Of a DNA stretch of 64,000 nt, positions 24,957 to 38,985 are shown piece after piece; within the stretch, counting starts at the first letter, position 1; every line of letters begins with the position of its first letter. The position numbers and the translations under genes were made by a program. Under the pieces are notes generated by a model. That model did not search any database and was not told where the DNA came from. It saw only the letters and a program-made list of their open reading frames with translations. Source of the DNA: Anthoceros angustus (Eukaryota > Plantae > Anthocerotophyta); assembly GCA_010909165.1 (NCBI GenBank), contig VJWM01000108.1, positions 62,001 through 126,000 of the forward strand, written 5' to 3'.

Positions 24957-27900
24957 ATGGGCAAGTTGGCCGGTCAGGCGGGAGGCAGTGAGGCCGGTTG
25001 CTACTTGACTCCAGGCGGGCAGGCCGTGGGGGCTGTGACAGGAGGTGCACTCTTGCTAGTGTGCAGCGGAGTTGCGGCCGGTCAGTGTGTGTTCTTGATG
25101 GTGGTGGGAATTTATTTTTCGATTTTATTCGGTTCCTTTTCGGTGGTGGTGGATTTCCTACCCCGACTTTTGGTTGCAGTTGCGGTCTCAGGCGCTAGTT
25201 TGGTGGAGTCGGCGGTGGTTACGTGGGTTGCGGTCCCTCTGGCGAGCTCTTTGGCGGCCTTTTGGGGTTCGCCATGGACTCACACTCACGTATGTCCGGT
25301 AAAATGAGGTCGTTTGTCCCGGTCCCGGTACCTCCTCGGCCTGTTGCCCTCCGGCGTTTGCGGGTTCTTTTAGTACCCTTCCCAATGGGGTGGTCTACAC
25401 CTCACATGGCCAGTAAGGACACTCAGTGTCTTGTCATGCTCAACTCTGCGGTGTCGAGGGTGAAAACCCACATTGGGCACATGCATAAAGATTTCGACCG
25501 GACTACTTGGGCTGCCCAAGTGCAACCTCCTCCGGTTCCACGGTCACGCTCGGCGTCGATGTCCATCGTGGGGTGCCTCTCTCTTCACAGGAATGGTTGC
25601 GGGGTCGGTGGATCACATACTTGGGATGTTTGAAACCCGCTTTCCATGCCGCGCATCTTCATGAGCTTCCCGCCACCTTCATGATGATGCGTTTGGCGTT
25701 AGTCTTCCCTTGGATCGCCTTGCGCTCGATCCAGGCGAGTTAGCTTGGTGCCTTCTCTCTTCTCCCGGTGGTGCCTTGTTCTAGGGGTGGGGCTTGGGCA
25801 TCGGGAAGTTGCTAGCCGTCTTGGCTTTGAGGTATTTGGGCATCCCTCGAGGAGGCTTTGCGTCTTTGCCAAGGCTCGGGCGGAATCCTGCCAGTTGGAG
25901 CAGGTCGGGTAATGCAACACAACTGCGTCGTTGCAAGGCTTGGCGCGGCGGTGGTATGCTTTCATGCCGGGCTCTTGACCCCTCCCCAGCCCGCTTGAGA
26001 GACCATTGTTGCCCTCGTGCCTCCATCCGGCTCCCAAGGATGCCATCCCGGACATGTCGACTACGTCCGGAGGATCCCTTCTCTGGATCGGGCGGCTTTT
26101 GCTCTGGCACTCTCTGACCCACGTCTTTCATCTGCGGGTTGTCGGGAATGGTGTTTGAACACCTCGGGGACCTTTTCTCCCCAGATCCATCTAGTGCTTC
26201 CAGGCTCTCTGGCGGCTGCTGGTGGCTCGGGGTGGGGCTATGACCTCAACCCCCTTCAGTTTGGCATTTACCCACTCAATTTGTGATTGCAGCAGTGCTT
26301 GGAGTGAAGGCATGCCTTGATACCCACCGGTGGGTGGTCTTCTGAGTTGATGTCGAGCGCCTTCAATACCATTTCTAGGGCGTCATCTTGAGGAGCTTAG
26401 GGATCTTTGGCGTCTGGAGCCTTATACCTTTTGTCCGGTGCTTCTCGGAGGTCCTCCAACCTCTACTACACAAGCGTCTCTTGAGTTCTTGTCTGTCTTG
26501 GAATCGGCCACAGTGTACGAGCAGGCGACCCCCAGGCGGTGCTCTCTTCGCCATTGCTCACTATAGGGCCCTATCTAGGGCCGCCTTCTCAGCCAGTTGT
26601 GTCTTCCCTTGTTGTGGCGACTCTCACATCCTCGGGCACAGGGACAAAGTTAAGGAGGCCTTTGAGCTCTTCTCTCATGAGCTTTCTTTGGTGGGGCTTG
26701 AAGGTCAAAAGGTCCAAGTGCCTGGTCTCGTCGGATTCTACCTACTTTGCGGTTTCCAGGGGGATTGCTCGGCTTTGGGCTGCAGTTCTAGGGGTCCCCG
26801 GTTCCCACGACTTCAGGGAGCTTCTGGACGGGCTCTCGCGACCTCTCCATGTCGAGGACCTCCCTTTGGAGGATGCACAGGTGGCCTTTGGAATTCTTTC
26901 CTCTGTTTTGCTAGGCGCACAGGTTACCTCATCCGTCTGTTGCCTCATCCCGACACTTTTGTCCATTGCGGTTTGATAGGAAGATTATGGATACTCTCGG
27001 GGACATCCACAGGCTCGGGGCTTTTGAGTGCCCTATGGGCGTCGGCCAGCAAGCGTCCCTACTTTGGAGCCGCAGTGCTCTCTGTTGGAGGTCTCTTCCC
27101 GGCGGCTTTCACAGGCGGTTGGGCCCTCTACTGCTTGGCTTCTCGGTTCATCCTCCATGGCGGGCCCTTTACGGAGGATCTCGTGTCAGTGTGGAGGAGG
27201 AACCTTCTCTCTCAAAGCGTCCTTGAGGCAAGCTAGGGACATGTTATCGGTGGATGCTCGGAAGGACTTCCCTCCTTTCTCGACATTTATTCTTGATGGT
27301 TTCGAGGGGTTGCATCTCTGCGAGCTCGGCGGGCTTTCGATCCTCGGGGACCCCTCCATCCCAGGTCCACAAGGCGCGGCTCGCTCTTGTTACAGGAAGG
27401 CGCGGTGCTTGGCTGTGGCCGCCCATGCAGGGGTTTCACATCGCACCAACCACCTTCACTCTGCGATGCGATTCCGTCTTGCTGCTCCGGCTGTGGCTTC
27501 GCTCCTTGCAGTGCGGCTCGCCCTCGATGATTACAGGGTACACCTTGCTCGTTGTCCCCACAGTCGCCGCATTGCCACTCACGGCGCCATCCGCGATGTC
27601 GCCATCGCTCGCGGCAACTACATGGCATGGAGGCGGATGTATACTCTCCGTCTGGTCGTTCAATCGGGGTGACCATCGTCGACTCCGTGGTTCATCCTAC
27701 GAGACACCATCTCGCGCGAGGTTGAGGCTGCTGCGGGCGGCTCTCAAGGTCGCAAATATGGCGGGATGCAAGCGGGCCACCTCTATTCCACCAAAGCGTG
27801 TGGGGCAATGGGGACTTTGACAAATTTGTCAAGTCACATGCTTACCATGCGTAGAACGGTCGGGGGCTCCCTCTCGTACTTCAGGCATACTTCCGACAGC

Positions 27901-28137
27901 GGGTTTCAATTGCCCTTCAGCGCTCTCAGCGATCCTCCACAAGGCGGCGGTGGTGGCGCATCTTCCTCTACCTCCGTGGTTTGCGGGCCGTTTATTCTTC
28001 ACGCATATGACATTGTGGGTGCGATGGGTGACTTTAGGTAGGGAGCTCAGTTGCTCCTCTTCACCTCGACCCCTTGGTCCCCTTTGGTTGTCCCCTCCTA
28101 GATGGGCTTTTCCCATCGTTTTTTCACCTCAATAAAA
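24957..28137 (+). mobile_element. Near full-length, degenerate CRE-like non-LTR retrotransposon (RT + CCHC knuckle + restriction-like endonuclease)
   Basis: TR-QGDP-GGALFAIAHYRAL (26515-26580); DSHILG..EAFELFSHELSLVGL (RT); HKARLALVTGRRGAWL; CGSPLDDYRVHLARCPH..IATHGAIRDV (CCHC); endonuclease-type C-terminus; 3'UTR with AATAAAA at ~28131. Confidence 0.8.
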
Positions 28138-28442
28138 TCTTCTTATTTTTAGGTTATCCATGGATCGGGTTGATATATATATATATGTAGGTTGTTACCC
28201 ATGGGTCGGGCTACCAAAGACAGGAAAGAACAATCTAGGAGGGTCGAAGACAGTACCTACTACCTACATACATATGTATGTAACTCCGTAGAAAGATTCA
28301 TAATGAGTAAACCCGCTCGGCAGGCTGGGAGAGGCGCGAACGACAGACGGAACGTCTGCTTTTAGGGCTGCGGGAAGTTGAGCCTACTTAGAACAAAACA
28401 GCCACGAGCATCGATCAAGCAGCGGAGAGGAGCAAGAGCAAG

Positions 28443-29267
28443 ATGATGCGGCCGGGAGATTGGAACTGTCCCTCCTGTCAGCACCTCAACTTCAGCCGGC
28501 GCGACAGCTGCCAGCGCTGCTCGGATGCAAGGCCGGGAGGAGGCGATGGAGGCGCTCCTCGCCGCGGTGGTGGCTCCGCTTCTTATGGCTTCGCTTCCAG
28601 CTACAATGAGGCCGGCAAGTCAGGCGGCGGCGGCGGCTCCAGAGGGGGCTTCTCCGACGGGGCTTTGAGGCCCGGGGACTGGTACTGCTCTGCATCTGCC
28701 TGCGGTGCTCACAACTTTGCCAGCCGCAGCAGCTGCTACAAGTGCGGTGAGTTCAAGGACGAAGGCGCTGGCGGTGCAGCGGGTCTGTCTCCCGTTTCTT
28801 CTGGAGGTCGTGGCCCTCGGGGGAGCTTCGGGTTCGGCGCGGCGGGACCTCGGCAAGGCTGGAAGTCTGGTGACTGGATTTGTGGCAGGTGTGGCTTGTT
28901 TTTTGTGCGTCGTCGCAATGTGCCTTGCTGTGAGTGCGTTTTCTTCTACAAGGGAGGGAGAGCCTATTTGATCTGTTGGAGTACCAGATCGGGACGTCTT
29001 ATGCCTGAGCTTCATGGCTGTTAGTGTTGTAGGGGCTGCTGGGAAGGTGTGAGGTGTGGCTAATGTGTGTGGTAGCAGATCGGGATGCACGGAGCACAAT
29101 TTTGCCAGCCGGATGGAGTGCTATCGCTGCAACGCGCCTCGCCAACCTGGTAAGCGGTTGGCGTGTTCTTCGTTGTATCTGCCGCTGATCACGTGTTTGA
29201 AACATATCCCAAGCTTATTTCTCTTGTGTGATGGTGTGTAACAGATTACGAAGTGGCTGCGATGTGA
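28443..29267 (+). CDS. Protein with three RanBP2-type zinc fingers; exons 28443-28888, 29079-29149, 29245-29267
   Basis: RPGDWNCPSCQHLNFSRRDSCQRC; RPGDWYCSASACGAHNFASRSSCYKC; KSGDWICG|RSGCTEHNFASRMECYRCN. GT-AG introns keep the frame and there is a TGA at 29265-29267. Confidence 0.92.
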
Positions 29268-31235
29268 GTCTAATTCTTCTGCAGCATGCATGGACTGGAG
29301 TGAGCGATCCCTCGCGTGGGGTGGAACTTTCGTGACAGGCAGAGTGAGAAGTTAGATAGATTGTTTTACGGGAGTTCGTCTAGTGGCGAGTATAAAGTTC
29401 TAGCAATTTTGCGGTTTGGGTGTTATCTGTTTACTGGGGGACTGTTTGATAAAGCTCCATCAGGAGTTCAGGCTTGAACGCAGAACGTTGAGATTTCCAT
29501 CGAAGTGGAACAATTTTGTCTTTTTTCAACTGGTCTTCATGCACCGGCTTTGAGGTCCTGAGGAGATGAGCGAATGCGTTGGCTCTTTTTCTCTCGTGAC
29601 GGATGGGAACCTGGATCAGGGCTTGCCTCCCAGGTGCCGATTCTTCGACTTGGAGATATTCATAGATTGTCGTTCTGGTTGTTTCGCATTGGGAAACGTG
29701 TTTGAATAGGCAGCCCGGTGACTGACCACGCTGGCATTCACCGGACATAGACTCTACGCCGTGTCCATTTGATCTGCGGGCTGATGATCCTAGTCGTTAG
29801 GGCAAGAGATGTTGATAGAATGTCATGTCTGACGTGGACAAAATCGTAAAAAACATGTACACAAGTACTCGCTTCCTTTATCTCGGAGGGCGCAATAAAC
29901 TATACGCAGATAAAGGCTGTTACCTTGTCTTTTCTCTGAACGGGTCATCTACATGGTAGACCTTGATTTACAGATTCTTATACCATACGATGTCCCTCGT
30001 CAAGGGGATCCTCCCGCCCTCCTTCCCTCCTTTCCCTCAATAGCAATTATATCCTATTACCCATAGCATCTGATTTAGAATTATATAATTTATTAAATAA
30101 TTTTAATTAAAATATTATAAAAAAGGCAGTTATTATTCTAGTTCCCACTCTAGAAATCTCGTTTCACATTCCAGTTAAAATATACAAGCAGATAGGTATG
30201 TAACCAAAAACAAATATCAAAAAACTTTCCTCAATCAAAAACAAATATTTGAAAAATTTGGTCAATCAAAAACAAATATTTAAAAATTTTCCTTTCAATA
30301 TTCAAAATGGTTGGTAGTTTTGAAATGTGTAATTGTGGGGCTATTCCTATGGCATACCAAAGAGGACAGAAGGGACGGACATTTTTTGTCTTCTGCAAAA
30401 CTTTTGGTGTCCGGTTTGGTAACGTAGAAATGGGGTAGCCAAAGGGGGACGCCACCGCCAGTCACGGAGAAAGCGAAGGAACTTTAGGGTTTTTCCCGCA
30501 CTCACTCTGTTTTTCTCCTGCGAAATTTTTTCCTTCACACCAGATTCCGATTTAAGTGCGATGCGTGGGCAAAACAAGCCCACCTGCCCGTTTTAGGGTT
30601 CATATCCTAAAGGCTGGGCGAGGTTTAGAAGGCGGCGAGGCAGGCGGCGGGGCGCTGATGACTCACGAGGCGGTGCAGGCGGCCGGCGGCGGCGAGGCAG
30701 GGGCAGGCGGGAGGGCGGGTCAGGCAAAACACGGCGGGCGGTGCATGGCGGCGGCGAGCGGCGGCGGTGCTGCGGTGGCGGGCAGGCGGCCGGCGGCGGC
30801 GCCTTGATTTGGTCAGTGCGGCGCGCGGTGGCGGGCAGGCGAGCCCAACCACGCCATGGGCGTGGCGAGCGGCGGCGGCGGCGGCAGTAACGCCGTGGCG
30901 GGTTTGCGTGGACGCGGGCGGGGCGGTGGGGCTGCGATCGGGGCAAAACACGGCGGGGGGCTGCGGTCGCGAGATGGGCGGGGCGAGGCAGGCGGCGGGG
31001 CGAGGGCGGAGGCGGGCGGGCGGGCAAGCGTCTGAGCAATGGGAGGCGGGCGGCGGCAGGCGGCGGCAGGCGGGAGGGCGGGCGGGGCGGTGAAGGAAGG
31101 AGGCGGGCGGGCGGGCGGTGAAGGAAGGAGGCGGGCGGAGGAAGGCGGTCTGTGGCGGCGGCGCGGGCAAGCGTCTGAGCAATGGGAGGCGGTGCATGGC
31201 GGGCGGCGGCAGGCGGCGAGGAGAGAGCACCCGCA

Positions 31236-31970
31236 GTGTCAGTCCTCCCATCCACCAAGCACCAACCCCGTCCCATTTTCTTGTGCCATGGTGATGTCGA
31301 ATTGTTTGATGCTCGTTTTTCTTGCAAATGGTGATACAAGATGGGCTGCTGGTGCCTGCGGTATTATTCTGAGGCATCTTGCGGTTGTGGGCGGGATGGC
31401 AACAGGCCCACCCTCTCCTCCTCACATGCATGACCCGCGGCTGCGCACTTTTATGCAGGCGGCGATGGAGGAGGGTTCCACGGTCTCCTCGAGCTCACCC
31501 GATCCTAATATGTGGAGTGAGTTGTTTCTGGGTTTTATGACCCTAAAGCCAATGCATCCTTTGTCCCTCACGAGGGCTTGATCTTGTTGTTGCGACATCG
31601 CGAGGAGGCACCCCATGTCAGTCCTCCATCACAAGCACCAACCTAACCTCGTCCCATTTTCTTGTGCCATGGTGATGTCGAATTGTTTGATGCTCGTTTT
31701 TCTTGCAAATACGGAGATGGGCTGCTGGTGCTGCGGTATTATTGCGAGGCATCTTGCGGTTGTGGGCGGGATGGCAAGCAAGCCCACCCTCTCCTCCTCA
31801 CATGCCATGACCCAGCTGCATTGCTTGCAGGCGATGGAGGAGGGTTCCACGGTCTCCTCCGAGCTCACCCGATCCTAATATGTGGAGTGAGTTGTTTCTG
31901 GGTTTTATGACCCTAAAGCCAATGCATCCTTTGTCCTACGAGGAGCTTGATCTTGTTGTTGCGACATCGG
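31236..31970. repeat. Tandem duplication of ~370 bp (31236-31600 / 31616-31970)
   Basis: Colinear copies with scattered small indels. Confidence 0.9.
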
Positions 31971-33045
31971 ACCTACGACCTCATACGCCACATAAAGAAC
32001 TACCTTGGACTTTGAAGTTCTTTTAGGTGAGGAGCGATGATCGCGGTATTTGGTGGACACGGACTTCATCTGCGAGAGTGCCTTCCGAGCTGAAGCCCAC
32101 TGTTCATGCATTCTCATTTTGATGGATGGCCATTGGGTCCTAACGATCACTGCGAGGCCTCATGGTCAAGCACCAAAGTCCTTGGAGGACTTCAAAATTT
32201 GTGGATGGCCAAGTTTCACTCAACTTGACTTGACTCCACGAGGCTGCAGCCGGCCTTGGCCTTCTCCCCCGATCACGGATTTCATCTCAGCGTCTTTTCT
32301 GAATTAGACGCCAACCATGTCTTATGGGAGGAGATGAACGACCTCTACATCATCGAGGACAGTGATCATGGGGGTTAGGACTTGTGGTCATGTGCTTGAG
32401 GCACCGTGGAGGAGGGGTTTTGTTAGGACTTGCTTTAGGAGGCCTTCACGGTTTAGGTTTGAAGGTTTCATCGGATCACTTCCAGTTTGACTTGTCAATA
32501 TTTGATGCTTCCCTTCGTGGTGGCTTCCCACCCTTCGGCCAGGTAACTGTGCCCACATTTTTGAACTTCGCCCTCTGTTCATGCTTCCCGCTTGCTGCCG
32601 CGCATCGTGTTCCCCCGTGCATGAATTTTGGACCACTTTTCCACTCTCCCTTGGCCTTGTCAGCCCCTAACAGGCTGCCTTCTTTCAATGTCTTTTGGCA
32701 TCGCGGAACTCGCTCTTCAAAGGTTTGTCGATGAGGCTGCTGCCACCACTTCAAGGGGAATGCGGTTCTACATGAAGGTGCTTCGACCAGCGTCTCACAA
32801 TTTCCCTCAACATTCACGTCGGTCGGGAGGACAGAACTTGAGCAATACGTGCCCATGCCTTTGGTGGCAGCGAGGCGGGTGCACCATGAAGGGCGCTATC
32901 CTTGGGCCACAGCCGTTGGGCTACGCGGTGGCCTCAAGCCCCATGGGTGCGTCGAGCATTCGCGGCTCATTGCTCTCGTCGGTGGCGGCGTCCCGCCTCC
33001 GGCGGGCGCGTCGGGCATTGGGCGTGGGAGGCACCCGCCTTGGCA

Positions 33046-35790
33046 TGGCGCTTCCCTTGGGACCGTGTCCAGGCTCCTCGTAGTCGCTTCCTCCCCCTTG
33101 TGCTCGCCCTCCCGCGGGTGGGGTCGGGCTGCACTCCGCTCTCCTTCTTCTTGAGCATGGCCTCCGCTCCCCCAGCTGTTGCCGTTGCTCCCCACCCCCT
33201 CCTCCTCCTCCCATGGTGTGCCTTGAATCTAGCCTCCACCGTCGTGAGCTCGGCGGCGCCTCCGCTCCTCCCTCCCGGCCACGCCTCCCGAGCCTCCGCC
33301 TTGCTCTGCACTTCAGCTCGGCGTCGAGATGCCGCCACCGTGGGCCCGGGTTATTCCTCCCCGTCGTTTGCCTTCTTCAAGTGGTGGCGCTCGGTCACTC
33401 CCTACCCGATCGCCGCCATTGACACCGGCGCTCCGTCCCCCAACACTCCGTCACCCCTTCCCGGCTTAGCTCGCGCCCTCGTTACGCCGCCGCCACACCT
33501 CGTCGGCCTCGGGCTCGGCGGTAGCGATCATCGCCACGCCACCATACCCCCACCTCCGTCTCGGGCATGGCGTGGCGGTGTCTCTGCCACCACCGCCATG
33601 CATGAGCCTCCGGCTCGGGCGCGGCGTGGTGCGGCCCGCCATCCCCTCCTCCCCTCGGCCTCGGCGGCGGCGGCCTCGCCCCTCGCCAGCCGTCCACTAT
33701 CTTGCCGCCGTCCCCAAAGCGGGTTCCTTCCTCCTCGGCGGCAACCCTCCCCTCTCCCTCTCCCGGCTGGCGGTGGCGGCCCGCCACCGCCATCGCCGTG
33801 GGGGCGCCAACCTGCCCTCCCCCCCGTATCCTCAAGCGGAGGTGCCTCCGCTCGAGGCCACCGCCACCTCCATCGCCATGGGGAGGCGGTGCCCTCCCAC
33901 TGCGCCCATTGCACAGGGCCCCAGCTGCCCTGCCGCCTCCATCGCGGTGGCCACAGCCCCTTTCCTTGGAGGCGGGCGCCCACCTCACCGCCCCGCCTCC
34001 ATCCCCATGGGGGGGGCAAAGTGCCCTCAGCGCTGCGCCACATGGAATGGGTTTTGCATCAGAAGGCGCAAAGAGGCCACATTTACCCTCTATGTCGTTA
34101 TAGTCCTAGGATTCGATCCCAAGGGAATGGTTTTGTGTCAAGATGTTCTAAAACTATGGACTCTAGTCCTACCACAATCAATCACTACCGCCCCCCTCCC
34201 CGTAACGACTACCATGCCCAAACCCACCACCGTGGAAGACTCGTACCGTGGAGGTCCAACCACCATAGTGGTGATTCAACCAACATGGGCCCCACCCACG
34301 CGCCTTGTCGCGGAGACTATTGCCACCAGCTTCTGGCAGTCCTTGGGGTTATGGTCATCCACACACCATGTACTCTTACTTCTCTCCGGGAATACCCAAT
34401 CGGATCTTCTCCGGGGTTATACCACGACCTCGAGCATGGCGCTTCCCTTGGGACCGTGTCCAGGCTCCTCGTAGTCGCTTCCTCCCCCTTGTGCTCGCCC
34501 TCCCGCGGGTGGGGTCGGGCTGCACTCCGCTCTCCTTCTTCTTGAGCATGGCCTCCGCTCCCCCAGCTGTTGCCGTTGCTCCCCACCCCCTCCTCCTCCT
34601 CCCATGGTGTGCCTTGAATCTAGCCTCCACCGTCGTGAGCTCGGCGGCGCCTCCGCTCCTCCCTCCCGGCCACGCCTCCCGAGCCTCCGCCTTGCTCTGC
34701 ACTTCAGCTCGGCGTCGAGATGCCGCCACCGTGGGCCCGGGTTATTCCTCCCCGTCGTTTGCCTTCTTCAAGTGGTGGCGCTCGGTCACTCCCTACCCGA
34801 TCGCCGCCATTGACACCGGCGCTCCGTCCCCCAACACTCCGTCACCCCTTCCCGGCTTAGCTCGCGCCCTCGTTACGCCGCCGCCACACCTCGTCGGCCT
34901 CGGGCTCGGCGGTAGCGATCATCGCCACGCCACCATACCCCCACCTCCGTCTCGGGCATGGCGGGCGGTGTCTCTGCCACCACCGCCATGCATGGCTCTC
35001 GGCCTCCGGCTCGGGCGCGGCGTGGTGCGGCCCGCCATCCCCTCCTCCCCTCGGCCTCGGCGGCGGCCTCGCCCCTCGCCAGCCGTCCACTATCTTGCCG
35101 CCGTCCCCAAAGCGGGTTCCTTCCCTCGGCGGCAACTGCGCTCCCTCTCCCTCTCCCGGCTGGCGGTGGCGGCCTCTGCCCCGCCATCGCCGTGGGGGCG
35201 TAACTGCCTCCCCGTATCCTCAGCGAGGTGCCTCCGCTCGAGCCACGCCACCTCCATCGCCATGGGGAGGCGGGCTGCCTCCCACTGCGCCCATTGCACA
35301 GGGCCCCCTTTGCCGCCTCCATCGCAGAGGTGGCCAGCCCCTTTCCTTGGAGGCGGGCGCCCTCACCCGCCTCCATCCCCATGGAGGGCAAAGTGCCCTC
35401 AGCGCTGCGCCACATGGAATGGGTTTTGCATCAGAAGGCAAGAGGCCACATTTACCCTCTATGTCGTTATAGTCCTAGGATTCGATCCCAAGGGAATGGT
35501 TTTGTGTCAAGATGTTCTAAAACTATGGACTCTAGTCCTACCACAATCAATCACTACCGCCCCTCCACTACCAGACCCAAACCCACCAGTGGAAGACTCG
35601 GCCACCAGTGGAGGTCCAACCACCATAGTGGTGATTCAACCAACATGGGCCCCACCCACGTCGCACTGTGTCGCGGAGACTATTGCCACCGGCTTCTCTT
35701 GGTCGAGTTATGGTCATCCACACACCATGTACTCTTACTTCTCTCCGGGAATACATAATCGGATCTTCTCGAGGTTATCGACCTCGAGCA
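33046..35790. repeat. Tandem duplication of a ~1.39 kb GC-rich unit (33046-34433 / 34434-35790)
   Basis: 34434-34960 appears identical to 33046-33570. The rest of copy 2 is indel-rich. Confidence 0.9.
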
Positions 35791-36299
35791 GCCGCGCCCT
35801 CACTCTGCTGGTTCCCCATGATCTCGCCATTCACTTCCACCCTTTCTAATCATTCCACGTTTTCCCCAAGCACTCGCAATCCCCTACGCACTCACCCGCC
35901 CCTCAGGACCTCCCACCCACAAATAAATCCTCTCTCTCACAGGCCACAGACCTCACCTCACCCAGGACCCCACCTCATGGAATAAAACACGTTCCATGGG
36001 AGGCGGTTTGGAAAGGAGACGGGAGAAAACCTTTGAGTCGATGGGGCGATTCGCCTTGCAGCGATCTCACCCCACCTTCCGCTAATTCCTACCTCCCGGC
36101 ATCGCGGGCGTCCTTCCGTTCGCCCTGGGCGTGGAGCTTGGCCACTCCGCTCTCGACCATCCGAGGATCTTCCGGTCTTCTTGTGTGAAAGGCAGTGCGA
36201 GCGATTCGATCTTGATCGGACGTCTCTAATCAACCTCGCCATGGTCCGACACACCAAGTTCACACGAACTTGCATTAAGAGACACACAAAGGGTCTCTT

Positions 36300-38985
36300 A
36301 TACATCTAGCTGCGGTTCAGCACAGCTCGCTTCTCTCCAGTGTCTAAAAATTGTAGCCCTCTACCACGAGCGCTCCTACCAATCCAGGCAACTACAGCTC
36401 CACAGGCTCTCGAAACATCCTATCCCCTAACCCGAAAAGGAAACCCCGGACCTATGATGTCGCGCTCCCCTAAAATCATGTGCCGCCTCATGATTCTTTG
36501 CCCTACCTACCCATAGGGGTCCCCTCTCGACCACGCCTTTGATCCGAGCGATTCTCTCCCAAAACCTCCACTTCGCTCTCGCTGCCTGCGGTTTCCTCGC
36601 GCCTTCCCGTGGACGTCGCGCGCCTATTGTCTCTATGCACGTATCGCTCCTCCTCATTTGGGCAGCCACCATGTGCTCCTCCCTCCATGCTCTAGCCTCC
36701 GCCTCGCTCATCTCCTCCGGCACCACTTGCGGAGGTGGCGCCCAGCTCCTATTCGAAGGAACCATAGTAGCGCATGTGATCAAGATGTCTGACGTAGTTT
36801 ACGCCCCTCATCCCAACAACCACATACATATTTAGAGTGAGCACCGCTCACCATGCGGCGAAGCAGGGACATGAGCATCCTCATCAGGCCGCTGTCGCCT
36901 TCTTATCAGAGGTCCTTACCCTCTCCTCCCGTGGACAATCACAGGCGGCTGCCTCACAGTTCGAGGGTTCGACTCCCCATCTGCGGCGCTCACAGTGGCT
37001 TCCCCACCTCGGTTCCTCCTTCCGCGACGGTGGCCGGTTTAGCCACCGTGGTGGTAGCTTCCCCCACAGTGGTTGCTTCGGCTCCTGCAGTGGCTGTTGC
37101 TCGGCCCTTCTTCGGTTTGGCCGCCTCTCTCTTGACTCTGGCCCTAGCTTCGTCTCTCTCCCGCTTGTATCTCTCCGCCAGCTTCTTGAATTTCTCCAGG
37201 GGCGCCATTGTCTCCACCTGCTCTTGGACTCGTGAGACCTCATTCTGGAGCTCCTCAATCGTAGCGTGCGCCTCTTTGACTTGATTCACTAAGGCCTCCT
37301 TTGGGTGGACATGGCCCTCAGCTGTTCCTGCGCCTTGCCGAGGGCCGCTTCGCACTTCCGTCTGCAGTCCTCTGCCACCTTGTTCTCGCCCTCCAGTCCC
37401 TCCAACTTTTCCTGGAGCAACTTCTCCTGTTGCCCATGCACACTCGAGTGAGAGCCATGGGTGCACAGTCGAGAAGGTCACTTTGAGTCAGCCATGGCGG
37501 TCGGGGCACTGCAAATTCAGATTGGGCTGTTCTGTGCCCATCCCCTCACAACAATTCCACTTGGTGTCTATCTCCATTTCAATTTGGAGTCAATGAGATG
37601 TCGTCAAAAATGTCCTTGAGCTCCGTGGTGCATTAGCCTTCCTCTCCTAGGGGTTGGTCTACAACTACCCCTTTATCGCAACCTCCCTAGTGACTCATCC
37701 TGCACACACGGAGGACAACTGCCGTTCCTTTTTGTCTTCCTCCTTCACCAGCGTCCCTGCTGGATTTCGACTGGTGACCCTAGGTGTAGCTGAGTTCCTC
37801 CTCATTGCATTGTCTTCCTTTAGCCGACCCCGTTCGATCGTCGCCCTCCGCTTCTTGCCCTTGAAACCTTCCCACCTTCAAGATCTTCTAGAGGCGCATT
37901 CCCAAGCTGGAATCCTTCTGAATCCTCCTTACCTCCTCCTCCTCTACCTTGGGTTCTCGACGGTTTCCGGCTATGAAGAGGCGGAACCTGACTTCCAACT
38001 CTGTTAGGCACGGAATGCGAATACATGAATCAAAAGGTGAAATCAAGGAGGGCCGAGGGAAGGGAAACAAGTCGCCTCTTCACAGGCTCTTTCAAAAATC
38101 ATCCTCCCCCAATCGATTTGTGTGCCCTTAACCACTTCATGAAGAAAGACCGGAAGTGATCCGCCATATGGTCCAACTTCGGTTGCGAAACACAAAATCC
38201 ACTTGGCCAACAGTACCGAGACACGAGTTGGCGAGTCACCCATCCATTATTCACCCTCACTTCCCAGGCTTCATAGTGCAGCTCTAAAGTCTTCTTCCTC
38301 AGGGGTCAATCACCGAGCTCCCATCCTCCGATTCTTCTCGCCCATATGCTGCTCAAAAGGCCCCAAATCCCAATTTTGCGGCCTCTTCCTCGTCGCCTCT
38401 TGCGACTGGTTCTCAGTGCAGGCGCACTCACCAATCTTTGGTCGTAGCACCATTTCTTTTCCATGAATTCCAGGCCCAGTTCCTGCACAAGGCCGCCAGC
38501 TCTAACCTTCCAGTGGTCCATGTTGGGCCACTGCATGGTGGGAATTTCGGCCGCGGCTCGAGGCGCCATCTCCCTTCCTCCTTCGTCTTCAAAAAACTCG
38601 GCTCTCCTGCAGACGATGGTCAGAGAGGAAAAGCACCACCCTCGCGCGCTCCTTCCGCTCCTCCTCGCGCTGGTCCTCCTGCCTCAGCGCCTCTTTCCCC
38701 CAGCGGGATTCGCGCGTGGTTTCCCTCCTCGGCCCGCCGCCCGGCTTCTGACGATCGACCGCCTGCTCACCGTCGGCCAAAGCGGTGGATTGGCCCGGTA
38801 GCGATTGCATCGTCGCCCGGCTGCTCGCTCTCGATGCTCTCCCACAAATTCGCGACCTCGCGATGTCGGTGTGTTCTTCTTCGATTGCGCTCCGGTGGCG
38901 CAACACCTCCGCCACTAGGGTTGTAAACTCCCCACAGTCTGTCGTCCGTTTTGACCCTTTGTGGTGGAGCTAGCCACCTCCCCAC
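36300..38985 (-). mobile_element. Retroelement-derived insert with a broken accessory ORF (coiled coil + IDWGRMIFE segment)
   Basis: Coiled-coil peptide EALVNQVKEAHATIEELQNEVSRVQEQVE (36990-37481); EVVKGTQIDWGRMIFE (38043-38243); relative of 5728-6300. Confidence 0.4.

Noticed and set aside
23972-24964. 330-aa and overlapping ORFs in G/C-rich sequence upstream of the CRE-like element
   Set aside because: Compositional artefact; probably the 5' region of the retroelement, with no recognisable protein.
29431-29748. 105-aa minus-strand ORF downstream of the zinc-finger gene
   Set aside because: No recognisable domain and no consistent splice model could be built.
30556-31581. Multiple overlapping 180-270 aa ORFs
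   Set aside because: GC-rich subterminal repeats of the TIR element; stop-codon-poor in all frames.
34020-34150. Faint PHD-like residue pattern (..RGHIYPLC..QGNGFVSRC)
   Set aside because: It needs several frameshifts and substitutions, and too few Cys/His ligands are retained to support a call.
32902-35849. Long ORFs (547 aa, 514 aa, 300 aa) in the GC-rich duplicated block
   Set aside because: Low-complexity Pro/Ala/Arg translations are open in several frames on both strands because of GC richness, and no domain was recognised.
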